From Chiloscyllium plagiosum (Eukaryota): a stretch of DNA of 41,021 bases. Every line of letters starts with the position of its first letter. Within the stretch, counting starts at the first letter, position 1. The notes beneath the pieces were generated by a model that saw only the letters and a list, made by a program, of their open reading frames with translations, did not search any database and was not told the DNA's origin. The stretch is taken from positions 26,385,361 to 26,426,381 of the forward strand of contig NC_057720.1 of the NCBI RefSeq assembly GCF_004010195.1, read 5' to 3'. This document shows, one piece after another, positions 1-12,575 of the stretch. Position numbers and translations under genes: made by a program.

Positions 1-157
1 GCCCCTCCCCCAAGTCCCTCCTCCCTACCTTTTATCTTAGCCTGCTTGGCACACTTTCCTGATTCCTGAAGAAGGGCTCATGCCCAAAACGTCGATTCTC
101 CTGCTCCTTGGATGCTGCCTGACCTGCTGCGCTTTTCCAGCAACACATTTTCAGCTC
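1..157 (+). mobile_element. Penelope-like element (family A) terminal repeat remnant with degenerate hammerhead core
   Basis: CTGAAGA-A-GGGCTCATGCCC-AAAAC-GTC (GAAA mutated to AAAA), then gatgctgcctgacctgctgcgcttttccagcaacacattttcagctc. The same repeat recurs at the ends of the PLE at 12962-17574. Confidence 0.85.
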
Positions 158-2528
158 ACACTCAAGAGGAGGCTACCAAAATACCACCAACATGTCTCCT
201 GTCCCATCAGAAGAACTGAACATTCTTGATCATTGCTACACAATCATCAAAGATGCCTACTGCTCCATAATCCGTCTGCACTTTGGAAAATCAGATCACA
301 ACGCTGTATTCTTCCTCCCAGCTTACAAGCAGAAGTTGAAACGGGAGGATCTTTCACAGAAAATAGTACAATGCTGGTCTGAGGCAGCGGAAGAGCTTCT
401 CAGGGACTGCTTGGAATTGGTGGACTGGACCATATTTGAAAATTCAGTGGACAACCTAGACGAGTCGACCACCACCATCATGGCCTTCTTTGGCAAGTGC
501 ATAGAGGACTGCGTGCCAAATGTTCCCCATCCAGAAACCATGGATGAACCAGGAAATCCACATTCCTGATGAAGAGCTTTTGTCCGAAATGCCGATTTTC
601 CTGCTCCTCAGATGCTGCCTCACTTGTTGTGCTTTTCCAGCACCACTCTAATCTTGACTCTAATCTCCATATCTGCAGTACCCACTTCTGTGCAGGAATT
701 CCACTGTCTACTGAAGACCGGGTGTGCAGCATTCAAAGTTGGATGACCCCAGACCTATACAGAAAATTCGGATATGACCTCCGCAAAGCCATTGGAGATG
801 CCAAGACGCAGTACCGGACTAAGTTAGAGGCCCAAACTAAGCACACAGGCACCCACCTCCTGTGGTAAGGGCTACACAACGTAATGGGACACAAAATGAA
901 ATAGAATGAAATAGCGGACAAAAACAGATCCTCTCCCTGATGCACTCAATGCTCTCTATGCTCAGTTTGAGCAGAAGCCAGTGGCGCAGTGTCACTGCCC
1001 AGACAGACCCGAAAGCATCTGTTCCCTCTGTCACCACTGAAGACGCCAGATTGATCTTCTTAAGAATAAATCTGACGAAAGCGATTGGCCCAGACGGAGT
1101 CCCGGCTGTGCACTTATATCCCATGTGGACCAGCTGGCACGAGTATCTGCTGATATCTTTAACCTTTCTTTGCTATAATCTGAAGTCCCCACCTGCTTTC
1201 CGAAGACCACCATCATCCTGTACCAAAGAAAACACAATGTGCCTCAACAACTCTCTGCCCAATGGCTCTTACCTCCACAATCATGAAGTGCTTCAAGAGG
1301 TTAGTCATGGCCCATATCAACTCTAGCCTCCCAGCATGCCTTGATTTCCTGCAATTGGCCTCCAGCAAAATAGATCCACAGCAGATGCTATTCCCTAGCT
1401 CTACACCCATCCTGGAATGTCTGGATAATAAGGACACCTTCGTCAAGCTTCTACTCATTGACTACAGCTCCACCTTCAACATAATCCCTACCAGACTAAT
1501 CTCAAAACTCTTAAGACCTTGGTCTCAGCTCTGCTCTCTGCAACTGGAGCCTCAGCTTCCTGACCCACTGTCGCAATCAGTGAAGATAGATGACAGCACC
1601 TTCTCCACATAATCCTGAACATTGACACCATGCAAGAATACATACTCAGCCCCCTTTTGCACTCTCTACACACCCAAGACCATGTCGCCAAATTTCATAC
1701 GAACACCATCTCCAAAGTTACTGATGACACCACCATTGCAGGTCAGTTATCTAACAATGATGAGTCAGAATACAGGAAGGAGATAGATTACTTGGTGTTG
1801 TGGTGCAATCTCTCTCTCAATGTCAGCAAAACCAAAGCTGATCATTGACTTTAGGAAGAAAGGAGGAGGACACGCCCCTGTCTACACCAATGGAGCTGAG
1901 GTGGAGAAGGGCGATAGTGTCAAGTTCCTAGGAGTAACAATAGCTAGCAATCCATCCAGGATCTCCCACACAGATACGATGGTCAAAAACACCTCTTCTT
2001 CCTCAGGCAGCTTAGGAAATTCAGCATGTCCATAAGGACCCTCACCAACCTTTACAGATGCACCACAGAAAGCATTTTATCCAGGTGTGTAACAGCCTGG
2101 TACAGCAATTGCTGTGCCCAGGACCATAAGAAATTATAGAAAGTGGTGTGCACAGCCAACCTCCCATCCCTGGACTCTATCTACACTTCTTGTTGCCACA
2201 GAAAGGCTGCCAACATCATCAAAGATCTGATCTGACCCCACCCCTGTAATATTCTTTTCCATCAGGTAGAAGGTATAGAAGATTAAACACGCACACCAAC
2301 AGGTTCAAGAACAGCTTCTTGCCTGCTGTTTTCAGACTGCTGAATGGGCCTCTCTAATTTCAAATCTAATGTTGATCTTGCTTTTGTGCACCTTTTGTGC
2401 AGTCATAATCTTGTATGCCTCACCCTGTCTAAGCATCCAATGATTTATTTGCCTGCACTGCTTGCAAAGAAAACTTTTCACTGTACTTAGGTACATGTGA
2501 CAACAATAAATCAAATTAAATCAGATCA
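158..2528 (+). mobile_element. Rex1/Babar-type non-LTR retrotransposon, decayed (endonuclease C-terminus, RT, 3' tail)
   Basis: Frameshifted ORFs with DHNAVFFLPAYKQKLKRE, KAIGPDGVP, ALTSTIMKCFKRLVMAHI, LLLIDYSSTFNII, LSPLLHSL and KVTDDTTIAG. Ends in AATAAA plus an (aatca)-like tail. Confidence 0.85.
562..692 (+). mobile_element. Short PLE terminal-repeat insertion inside the Rex1 element
   Basis: Degenerate hammerhead CTGATGAagagcttttgtccGAAAtgcc. Flanked by CAGGAAATCCAC (550-561) and CAGGAATTCCAC (693-704), a 12-bp TSD with 1 mismatch. Confidence 0.8.
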
Positions 2529-2881
2529 CTCTTTCTGGAAGCATAATTTTAAACCAGTATGAGTCAGAGAGCGGTTGACTGAGGCTCTGCCAGATTGATA
2601 GTGTGAATTTGTTTGCATTGAAGGAACTTTACAATCAGAGAAGAAAACTTTGATAAGCATTAGCTTATTTTTTGTTTTAACAAATCAAGAAAATATTTTT
2701 ACTTAGTCAAAACCCATAGATTATTTCAATTCATAGAAGACCTGGCTGGGATAGATGTAAGAACAGTTTCTCCTGGTGTTATTTCAGGACAATTAAAGAA
2801 TAGGTTACCCCAGTGTGAACATTTTAGTTTGAAAATTCCAGACTAGAAGTGCTCAGTTAGAACCCTGAAGGGTTATTTGAA

Positions 2882-3960
2882 CATAGAACATAGAACAGTA
2901 CAGCACAGAACAGTCCCTTCAGCCCTTGATGTTGTGCTGACTTGTGAACTTAATCTAAGCCCATTCTCCCTACACTATCCCATCATCATCCATGTGCTTT
3001 TCCAAGGATTGTTTAAATCTCCCTAATGTGGCTGAGTTAACTACATTAGCAGGCAGGGCATTCCACGCCCTTACCATTCTCTGAGTAAAGAACCTGCCTC
3101 TGACATCTGTCTTAAATCTATCACCCCTCAATTTGTAGCTATGCCCCCTCATACAAGCCGACATCATTATCCAAGGAAAAAGACTCTTACTGTCCACCCT
3201 ATCTAATTCTCTGATCATCTTGTATGTATCTATTAAATCCCCTCTTAGCCTTCTTCTCTACAATGAGAACAGACACAAGTCCCTCAGCCTTTCCTCATAA
3301 GACCTTCCCTCTAGACCAGGCAACATCCTGGTAAATCTCCTCTGCATGTTTTCCAATGCTTCCACATCCTTCCTGTAATGGAGCAACCAGAACTATACAC
3401 AATATTCCAAGAGAGGCCGCAATAGCGTTTTGTACAGTTGCAGCATGATATTGCGGATCCGGAACTCAATCCCTCTACCAAATAAAACTGAACACACTGA
3501 ATGCCTTCTTAACAGTACTATCAACCTAGGTGGCAACTTTCAGGGATCTATGTACATGGACACAAAGATTCTTCTGCACATCCACACTACCAAGAATCCT
3601 TCCATTGACCCAATATTCTGCCTTCCTGTTATTCTTCCCAAAGTGAATCACCTCACATTTATATGCATTGAACTCCATTTGCCACCTCTCAGCCCAATTC
3701 TGCAGTTTATCCAAGTCAACCTGCAACATTCTTTCATACTGTCTACCACTCCGCTGACTTTAGTGTCATCTGCAAACTTACTAACCCATCACCTACGCCT
3801 GCATCCAAGTCATTTATAAAAATGACAAACAGCAGTGGTCCAAAAAACAGATCCTTGTGGCACACCACTAGTAACTAGACTCCAGGCTGAATATTTTCCA
3901 CTACTCCCTGCCTTCTTGCAGAAAGCCAATTTCTAATCCAAACTGCTAAATCACCCAAAC
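2882..3960 (-). mobile_element. CR1 LINE, 5'-truncated
   Basis: ORFs LQVDLDKLQNWAERWQMEFNAYKCEVIHFG and RGHSYKLRGDRFKTDVRGRFFTQR..WNALP. (ttctatg)n tail. TSD TTATTTGAA at 2873-2881 and 3961-3969. Confidence 0.93.
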
Positions 3961-4215
3961 TTATTTGAAGTTATGAAAATTTAAGCTCAGGTGTGTGAAT
4001 AATCAAAGAAAGAGGCTATCAAAGTTTCAAAATCGAATTAAAAGACATGGTTAAGTCAAACCTATATATGTGAGAGAGAAGGGAACTCTTTCTCTCTCTG
4101 GCATTTAGTACTGTAAAGTGATGGCATTGGAATAGATAGAATTTTATTTTGCCATGTATCTTGAAATCTTTCAAATTGTGTTATAGTCAGATAGCTTGAT
4201 TTGTTCTATTTTATC

Positions 4216-4586
4216 ATAGAAACATAGAATCACAGTATTCCTACAATGCGGAAGTAGGCCATTTGGCCCTTTGAGTCCACACTGATCCTCGGAAGACCAT
4301 CCCAATCAGACCCATCCCCCTAAACTATCCCTGTAACCCTGCATTTCCCATGGCCCATCCGCCAAACCAGTACATCCCTGGACACTATGGGCAATTTAGC
4401 ATGGCCAATTCACCTACCCTGCACATCTTTAGATTGTGGGAAAAAACTGGAACACCCGGAGGAAACCCACTCAGACACTGGGAGAATGTGCAAACTCCAG
4501 ACAGACAGTCGTCTGAGGGTGGAATCAAACTTGGGCCCCGGGTGCTATGAGGCAGCAATGATAAACACTAAGCCACCATGCCACCC
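4216..4586 (-). mobile_element. HE1-type V-SINE
   Basis: tRNA-like head (gggtggcatggtggcttagtg on the minus strand), V-domain core GGCAATTTAGCATGGCCAAT and a CR1-like 3' tail. TTTATC repeated at 4210-4215 and 4587-4592. Confidence 0.88.
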
Positions 4587-5282
4587 TTTATCTTCCTTTA
4601 TTTTGAGTAATAAATTTCTATTTTACTGTTAAAACCAAATCTCCTGCATTGCATGTTTATGTTTCAGTGAAAGACCACCAGATTAAATGAAACCAAAAAA
4701 AACCCATCAAGCCAGATTTTAGTCTGCAACCTAACAGTCCATTTATAACATTTGCTAGGATCATAATAAGCTACAGACTACTAAAGTGATCCTGGAGCAA
4801 AATGCAGATTAAAACAAAAAAACAATTGTATTAAAAATGATCTTACCTATGCTTGATAGCCTCCTTATTCAAATAATCCATTCAGGATTCTAACTAAACA
4901 CTTCTAGTCTGGAATTTACAAACTAAAACATTGCACTGAGGTAACCTAATTTCTAACAGTCAATTCTGTTATCTTCCTTTGTGGAATAGGTATAAAAAAT
5001 GCATCCGTGATGTCATTACTCTTTTTTGGCCAACATCTACAGGCATTAGCCTGCTATACTTCAAGATAAAACAGGAGATAAACATAGAGGCAAAAATAGG
5101 CAGAAAACTGTTGTACAAACTCTTGCACTGTCTAATAAGCACAAAGAGCACAGTAAAGATGGAAAGCAAACATCTGTGAATCAATTGACATTCCATTGGC
5201 CTCGTGTCAGAATTTCAGTTATGTAAAGAAATAATTCATCTTTACTTCCTGGATCAACAAATAGCTGGTAACAAAAGACAGG

Positions 5283-5451
5283 GAACAGGAGAATCGACCT
5301 TTCGGGCAGAAGCCCTTCTTCAGGAATCAGAAGGGCTTATGCCCGAAATGTCGATTCTCCTGTTCCCTGGATGCTGCCTGACCTGCTGCGCTTTTCCAGC
5401 AACACATTTTCAGCTCTGATCTCCAGTATCTGCAGACCTCACTTTCTCCTC
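5283..5451 (+). mobile_element. Fold-back mini-PLE (family A): inverted plus direct terminal repeat
   Basis: ggagaatcgacctttcgggcagaagcccttc is followed by its reverse complement gaagggcttatgcccgaaatgtcgattctcc. Perfect 16-bp TSD GGTAACAAAAGACAGG at 5267-5282 and 5452-5467. Confidence 0.88.
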
Positions 5452-5545
5452 GGTAACAAAAGACAGGTGACCAAGCTAATTTTTCCTTCAGGAAACAAAG
5501 AATTCAAATCCTTCAATACTCTAAAGCTGACCACAAAGATCCTGA

Positions 5546-5720
5546 GGAGAAAGTGAGGACTGCAGATGCTGGAGATCAGAGTTGAAAACTGTGATGCTGG
5601 AAAAACACAGCAGGCCAGGCAGCATCCGAGGAGCAGAAGAATCAACGTTTCGGGCATAATTCTCCTGCTCCTCGGATGTTGCCTGGCCTGCTGTGTTTTT
5701 TCCAGCATCACATTTTTCTA
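5546..5720. mobile_element. Second fold-back mini-PLE (family A variant)
   Basis: Inverted arms tgatgctggaaaaacacagcaggccaggcagcatccgaggagcag / ctgctcctcggatgttgcctggcctgctgtgttttttccagcatca. TSD CACAAAGA(T/A)CCTGA at 5532-5545 and 5721-5734. Confidence 0.85.
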
Positions 5721-6498
5721 CACAAAGAACCTGACAAATCTTACTGATTTTAGAAGACCAACTTGAAATTTGAGTCAACTTCAGGTTACACAGACTTGGG
5801 TTCATGCCATAGCAACATCAGTCAGGTAAAACAATCAACCAATCCATCGGCTGGTGTTGACATAAAGATATAGAACAGCTTCTCATCAAAGCTAACATGG
5901 CTGAAAGGATTATGGAACTGGTTGTTGACTCTACACCCATCAAATCCTACAGCAAGTCACTTTTAGACAAACACAAAGAAGAATGACTTAAGCTCAAAAC
6001 AATTCAGGCTGGTAGACAAAATCTTCAGCTGCTTTACCCAATAACAACTAGTGCAGCTGTCAACAGGTTCAGCAAAGCATTCAATGCCACCTGTTCAAAT
6101 GCCAAACTCTAAAATAAGTCAGATTAATATATATGAATCACACACTTTATATCACAAGCTGTCCTTTATCTCTTGTACAAGATGTAGCTTGTCTCACCAA
6201 AACAGTATCCAGCATTCTGTGACATACAAACGATGTGGTCCACAAAAGGATATTGAACTAAATTACACTGAGGAGCAAGGAATCCAATTGCCCAAGGAAA
6301 GCCAAAGTGAAACACAAAGCCCCATGTCAGCATGTGAATAAGAGCCAATGAAGGAACAATGTCAAGAATACCGATCCCAGTCAGATAGAACATGTGCTCA
6401 ATTTGACACATCACATAAACGCCATCGGAAAAGTGGAATCTTATCTCCATTTAAGTTATGTATAGGGTGTACACAAAAGTGAATGGACACATACACTA

Positions 6499-6575
6499 AA
6501 TGAAGGTTTATGCCCAAAACACAGTCAGTTCTCCTGCTCTTCAGATGCTGCCTGACCTGCTGTGCTTTTCCAACA
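6499..6575 (+). mobile_element. PLE terminal-repeat remnant
   Basis: tgaaggtttatgcccaaaac...ttctcctgctcttcagatgctgcctgacctgctgtgcttttccaaca matches the family A repeat. Confidence 0.7.
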
Positions 6576-7049
6576 TTAGCCTTCGACATGCACTAAATGC
6601 CACGATTGACACCTCTGTAAGTGAAAATATCATCCTTTTGCACATCATACAAGAGATGTACTCAGAAAACTGTCACAAAGTAGTGTGGCTTGCACATGAT
6701 AAACTGATTGCTTACAATGCATTGCATTGACATTTTCTGATTCAGTATCATTACGGCTCCTTGGGATGGACACATTAACATTTTGTATCATTGATTAAGC
6801 AGCATCTTCTGTTAAGGATCTACGAGTGTGTATAGATCTACATATTATTATAAGCAACAAGGAAACAAACCCATTAGTTGCAACAAGAACAATTCTAAAC
6901 AACATCAATCTCATTTGGTCACATGATGAACAGCTCTAAAAGATCATTCAATCTTTTTTTAAGCTAGCACAAAGAGATGAACTAGCATTTTCTCAGTATA
7001 TAAAATTCAGGGGCAATCTGAAAATGGAAATTATGAAACTAAAGAGAAT

Positions 7050-8265
7050 ACATAAGGAAGCATTGGTAGATAGAAAAAAAGAAGCCCATTTTGTAAAATA
7101 TATGCAAAGATGAAAAGAGTAATTCGGGAAACGGTAAGGACCATAGAGTTGATCAATGTTTGGATCCTGAAGGATGTCAGAGGATGAAATGAATGCCAAC
7201 AAGGTCCCATTTCAAAGGGAGGAAGGAATAATACAGGCCTGTCAGACTAACCTCAGCAACGTCAATGTTATTAGAGAGAATTCTGGAATTTTAGAAAGCC
7301 AGTGCGGATTGTTAAGGGAAGGCTACATTTGACAAATTTGATCAAGTTTTTTGAGGAAGCGATCAGAAGTACTGATGAGGGTTATCTATTTTATATAGGC
7401 TGCATAGGCTTCAATGAAGCTTTTGATAAGATCTCTCATGACTGACTGGTCAAGAACGTATGAGGCCATGGGATCCAAGACAAAGTGGCATGTTGTTTCC
7501 AAAGGTGGCTGAGAGGCAAGAAGCAAAGTTGATGGTAGAACGATATTTCTGTGACTGAAGATCTGTTTCCAGTGGATTCTGCAGGGCTTGGTCCTGTCTG
7601 GAGCATGGATTGATGATTTAGATTAATGCAGGGGGTAAGGTTAACACGTTTGTTGACAACATGAAAAGTTGTAGGGCCGTAAATAGCAATGGGGGATAGC
7701 TGTAAAATACAGGAGAATATCAATGGGATCGTCAGTTGGACAGGTTAATTGCAAATGGAATTCAACCTGGAAAAGCATTAGTTCATGCACTTGGGGAGGG
7801 TTAAAAGGACAAGGGATTACATTATGATGATAGAATCCTGAAAAGTACTGAAGATCAATGGACCTTGTTGTTGAAATCAACTGATGTCTGAATGACATGG
7901 GGCAGGTGGATAAGGTGATTAAGAAGGCATATGCAACACTTGCTTTTATTAGGAAAGGCACAGAATACAATACTAAGATTATGTTGAAAATGTGTAAAAT
8001 ACTGATTAGGCCACAACTCGGGTACTGTGTACATATCTGGTCAGCACATTATCTGTAGGATGTGATTCCACTCAAGAGAATGCAAATGAGATTTCCTAGA
8101 AGGCTGCAGGACTGGTAGGTGTGATCTTTGAGGAAAGATTGGGTAAGCTGAGATTGCTTTCAAAGGTTGAGAAGAGATCTCATACAGGCGTAGATGATTG
8201 TGAGGGGCATAGAAAGGAGGGATAAGGTGATACTTTGTCCATTAGCAGAGGGGTTAATAACCAGA
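7050..8265 (+). mobile_element. Heavily decayed CR1 LINE RT fragment
   Basis: CR1-like remnants aagcttttgataagatctctcat (AFDK), gcaaatggaattcaacctggaaaag (QMEFN) and attaggccacaactcgggtactgtgta (RPQLxYC), with many stops. Confidence 0.75.
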
Positions 8266-9177
8266 TAGTGCTTACTCAGTTCAGCAAGTAAAGATGCGCA
8301 ATGATCAACTTCTTGCAGCTCCATCATAAGTGAGTAACCCAGACAATTTAATTATCATTTAGCATGTTTCGATCAGGTAAAGGGGATTAAAATTGCCTGC
8401 TTGATGGTGAAGGGCCAGTCATATAGTGCGCTAACAAGTCAGTGATGATGTTGGAAAGGTACACTTAGATGTCTTGGTTATATATTTAGAAGCCTACACA
8501 CCCTGCAGTTGATGTTGCCCAAGGATACTGTTTTTCTTTGATAAGAGAAAGAGATCAGGAAGTGTCCAGGGACGTATGGAATGATGATGTCCAGAAACCT
8601 TGAATACATGCCTAGAAAACTGACAAAATTCAAACCAACAATTCAATGTAAGTTTTCTATAGGTCTGGAACGTCAAACACTCCAAGAAGAGGCTGGAGTA
8701 TAAGTCACATGTCATCACATATTTCTGAATAAAACTCCATTGATTTCATCAGGACAATAAAGTATATAAAAGGATTATTTGGAACAATAGTGAATTTAGA
8801 AATCACAAAAGAGCTAAAACTAATGGCTAAAGATAAGAGCTTTCTGGGGAACTTAGGTATCGGTGCTGGTAGTTTCTTATTCTGGGCACTTTCTGACAGT
8901 CTATCTGTGGAAGCTGCTTCATTAGACAGAGCGTGAACACTTTGTTTCTTGAAGGAAGAGACCATAACCATATGTTCAACAAACTAACCATCGAGCAGCT
9001 AAGTTATCAAACATTATCAGACAAGTTAGCAGCCCACATGAGACATTCAAAGTGATACAGAATGGAAAAATCCCATATGGGCATTTGGTATAAGGTAATT
9101 CAAAGCTCAGTAAAAATTATCAATAATATTGCCATCTTTAGCCCCAATTTTGACCTCCTCACCATTGTCTTATAGAA

Positions 9178-9454
9178 TATTAGATTAGATTCACTATAGT
9201 GTGGAAACAGGCCCTTTGGCCCAACCAGTATACACCGACCCTCCAAAGAGTAACCCACCCATACCCATTTCCCTCTGACTAATTCACCTAACACTATGGG
9301 CAATTTAGCATGGCCAATTCACCTGGCCTGTACATCTTTGGACTGTGGGAGGAAACCGGAGCACCCGGAAAAAACCCACACAGTCACCCGAGGCTGGAAT
9401 CGAACCTGGGACCTTGGTGGTGTGAGGCAACAGTGCTAACCACTGAGCCACCCA
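9178..9454 (-). mobile_element. HE1-type V-SINE with internal deletion
   Basis: (tctaa)n tail at about 9178-9192, V-domain GGGCAATTTAGCATGGCCAATTCACCT, and a B-box-like GGTTCGATTCC on the minus strand. Confidence 0.88.
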
Positions 9455-9493
9455 TTTAAGAAGATGAAACAGTGAACCTTTGATACAGCAAGC

Positions 9494-9567
9494 AGGCACC
9501 ACTGAGATTTGAACCCAGGATCTCCTGTTTACTAGGCAGGCACTTTAACTATCTAAGCCATGGTGCC
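9494..9567 (-). tRNA. tRNA-Thr(AGT), probably a pseudogene
   Basis: Minus strand reads GGCACCATGGCTTAGATAGTTAAAGTGCCTGCCT-AGT-AAACAGGAGATCCTGGGTTCAAATCTCAGTGGTGCCT (74 nt), close to vertebrate tRNA-Thr-AGT. The acceptor stem pairs fully, but the D-loop GG is lost, the anticodon stem has a C:A mismatch and no T-run follows. Confidence 0.88.
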
Positions 9568-10479
9568 ACAAGAACATGTAAAGCTAGGACAAAGAGTAGC
9601 TGGTTAATGTGCTGCCACCCACCCATCTTCTTGTGCATGCCCACTTAAGCAAGTCAACTTAAAGGAAAGCATCTGTTGATATTAGGCCTGAGCTAAATCT
9701 TAACTCTCTGGAGTTGCCAGGAGTACTAGGCCCAGTAAGGGGCCAGAAGGTACTTTTTTGTTTGTTTTATAAACAAGGCTTCTTTCTGAGCAGCAAGAAT
9801 GAAAATATGACTCTGAGCTTCACAAGGAAACTTGGTGACAAGGGCACCTTATGTCCAATCTCAATCCTTCACCTAACTGCTAACATTGCCAACGTTGCTT
9901 GCATTCGACAAACAATTAAATAAAAATGACTACCCCAACCAACCTCACCTACCTCATTTCCCATGGGTCACTTAGTGACCTCCATCCACAGTAAAAATCA
10001 AGTCTTTTATTTTCCAATTCAGATAATGCACCCTTTGTAGAGACAGAATACTAAGTAAAGCTCATTAATGCATTCAAATCAGAGAATGTCCTGCTTATCT
10101 CCAAAGAGCAGCTGCAACCAGTCCTAAAGAAAATCAACAGTCATGTAAGACAAAAGCCAGCTACAAACAAGGAAGTTGTTATGTGGAGAACTGAATCTTT
10201 TTAAAAGTTACATCCAAGTTTGTGAATGGTCAGCAGCGAGAACAGAAAACAATTTGATGAGCTTACACATCACCTTTAATGGAGCGATTGATTTTGGCAG
10301 CTTTCAGTTGTACCTGCCAACTGATCTGATTGGTTCACACCAACAACACTTAATCCCTGGTGAGGAAGGGGAGGGACGAGACAAAGTCAGCTTTCCTCAT
10401 GAAAGGCTGACAATGTGATTCAAAAAGATGATGGTTTAAAAACTGATGGTTGAACTATAGGTGACTGGATTCTCCTTCC

Positions 10480-10760
10480 TTAGGGTCATGGAAATATACA
10501 ACATGGAAACAAACCCTTTGATCTAAACTGTCCATGCCAATCCCATATTCTAAACTAATCTAGTCCCATTTGCCAGTAAATGGCCCATATCCCTCTAAAC
10601 CCTTCCTTTTCATGTACTCATCCAGATGCCTTTTAAATGTTGTCATTGTATCAGCTTCTACCTCTTCCTCTGGTCGGTCATTCCATGCACACACCAGCCA
10701 CTGTGTGAAAAAGTTGCCCCTTAGGTCCCTTTTAAAGCTTTTCCCTCTTAACGTAAACCT
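10480..10760 (-). mobile_element. CR1 3' fragment
   Basis: ORF RGKSFKRDLRGNFFTQWLVCAWNDRPEEEVEADTMTTFKRHLDEYM is the typical CR1 ORF2 C-terminus. Confidence 0.88.
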
Positions 10761-11074
10761 AAGCACTCCAGGGACTCCCCAAGAGTTCTTAATGAGCAGA
10801 TTGCAATGGAACTCATATGCAATGTCATTCCTTCAACATTGCTATGTCTAGGGTCCTGTTACACCCATTGTATCAATTACGGATTAGACCATTTCAGTGA
10901 ACCTCCTCGAATCTTTCAACCCATCATTCAACCCTAGAGAATATTTCTTATTTAGTTAATCATAACTAAAGTATCACTTGCAATGGCTTCTCCCCCAGCT
11001 CCTCCACCATGACTCCTGGTGGCCCCTAGGATCTATCACTGACATCTCCTTTTTCTCATTTCTATGTAATCATC

Positions 11075-12575
11075 CATGGGATGTAGGTGTCTCTAGCTAG
11101 ACCATGCATTATTACCCAGATCTAATGGAGAAGGTGGTGGTGAGCTGTCTTCTTGAACTGCTGTAATGCTTGTAGCACAGGGACACCCACAATGCTGCTA
11201 GGAAGGGAGTCCCAGGATCTTAACTCAGTGACAGTGAACACATAGTAATGTAGTTTCAACTCAGGATGGTGTGTGGCATGTAGGGAAATTTGTTATAGTG
11301 ATGTTCCTATACATCAGCTGCTCTTTATTGTTCTAGGTGGTAGAGATCATGGGTTTAGAAAAGGAGCATTGGCAAGTTACTGTTGTGCATCTTGTAGATG
11401 GCATACCCTACATGCCCTCTGTATCAATGGTAAAGGAAGTCGAATATGGTGGATGGTATTTCAATGAAGTGGGTTGCTTACTCCTGAATCGTGCTAAGCT
11501 TCTTAAATAATGTTGGAGCTGCACCCACCTAGGCTAGTGGAGAGTAGGCCATCACACTCTAGACTTATGCTTTGTTGTTGGTGGATTGGTTTTGGGGAGA
11601 CAGGAAATTAGTTACTCACTACCCTGTATTGACCTATTTATATGGCTGGACCAGTTCAGTTTCTGGTCAATGGTAATCCCTAAGATTTTGATAATGGGGG
11701 ATTCAGTAAAGATGATACCTTTGAACATCAAGGGCCCATGGTTAGAATGTCTCTTGTTGGAGACGTTCATAGTCTGGCAATTGTGTGGCACAAATGTTGC
11801 TTGCCACTTATCAGCCCAAATCTGGATATTATCCATATTTATCCAGCTATTGCTACCTATGTATATGGACTCTTTCAGTATCTGAAGAGTCCCAAATGTT
11901 CCTGAGCATTGTACAATCAAAAATTACATTCCCATCTCTCATCTTGCGATGGAGCGAAGGTCATTGATGAAGCAGCTGAGCATGGTTGGGCCTAGGAGAG
12001 TACACTGAGGATCTCATGCAACAGTGTCCTGGAGGTAAGATGATTGACTTGAAACAACTACAACCATCATCCTTTGTTCTAGGTATGACTCAAACCAGAG
12101 GAGAGTTTATCCCTGATTACAATTCATCTCAGATTTATAAGGGCTCCTTGATGCTATGCACAGTTAAATGTGGCCTTGATGGCAAGGGTAGTGACTCTCA
12201 CCTTATCTCTGGAGTACAGCTCACTTGCCCACATTTAGACCAAAGCTTTAAAGAGGTCAGGATCACGGAGACTCTGACAGAAACCAAACTGGGAGTCAGT
12301 CAGCTGACACTATTGACAACTTCTTCCTTCACTTTGTAATGATTGAAATCTGTCCTATTAGGCAGTAATTAGTCAGGTTGGATTTGACCTGCTTTTTGTG
12401 CACAGGAAGTAACTCGGCATTATTCCACATCGTAAGATAGATACCAATGCTGGGGCTGCTTGGTGTGGGGTGCAGCCAGTGTTGGAGCACAAGTCTTCCA
12501 TACAATTGCCAGAATGTTGTCAGACTTCACAGCTTTTGCAGAATCCAGCACTTGTAGCTATTTCTTAATATCATC
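11075..12575 (-). mobile_element. CR1/L2-group LINE fragment (RT C-terminal half and 3' end)
   Basis: ORF NIQIWADKWQATFVPHNCQTMNVSNKR...KILGITIDQKLNWSSHIN. An upstream LxIKATFNC remnant resembles the LDIKAAFD motif. Confidence 0.75.

Larger units (their letters stand above)
2530..4770. repeat. Old interspersed repeat, possibly a solo LTR, split by CR1 and HE1 insertions
   Basis: The TSDs of both inserts show the flanks were contiguous. Part of it (about 2790-2881) recurs inverted at about 4866-4960. LTR identity is a guess. Confidence 0.4.

Noticed and set aside
4843..4910. Minus-strand exon (..ttccag|...|gtaaga)
   Set aside because: It lies within the inverted copy of the repeat at 2790-2881, so the splice-like signals are probably repeat-derived.
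8705..8971. 88-aa ORF in apparently unique sequence
   Set aside because: No recognisable domain or convincing splice signals, and the length is compatible with chance.
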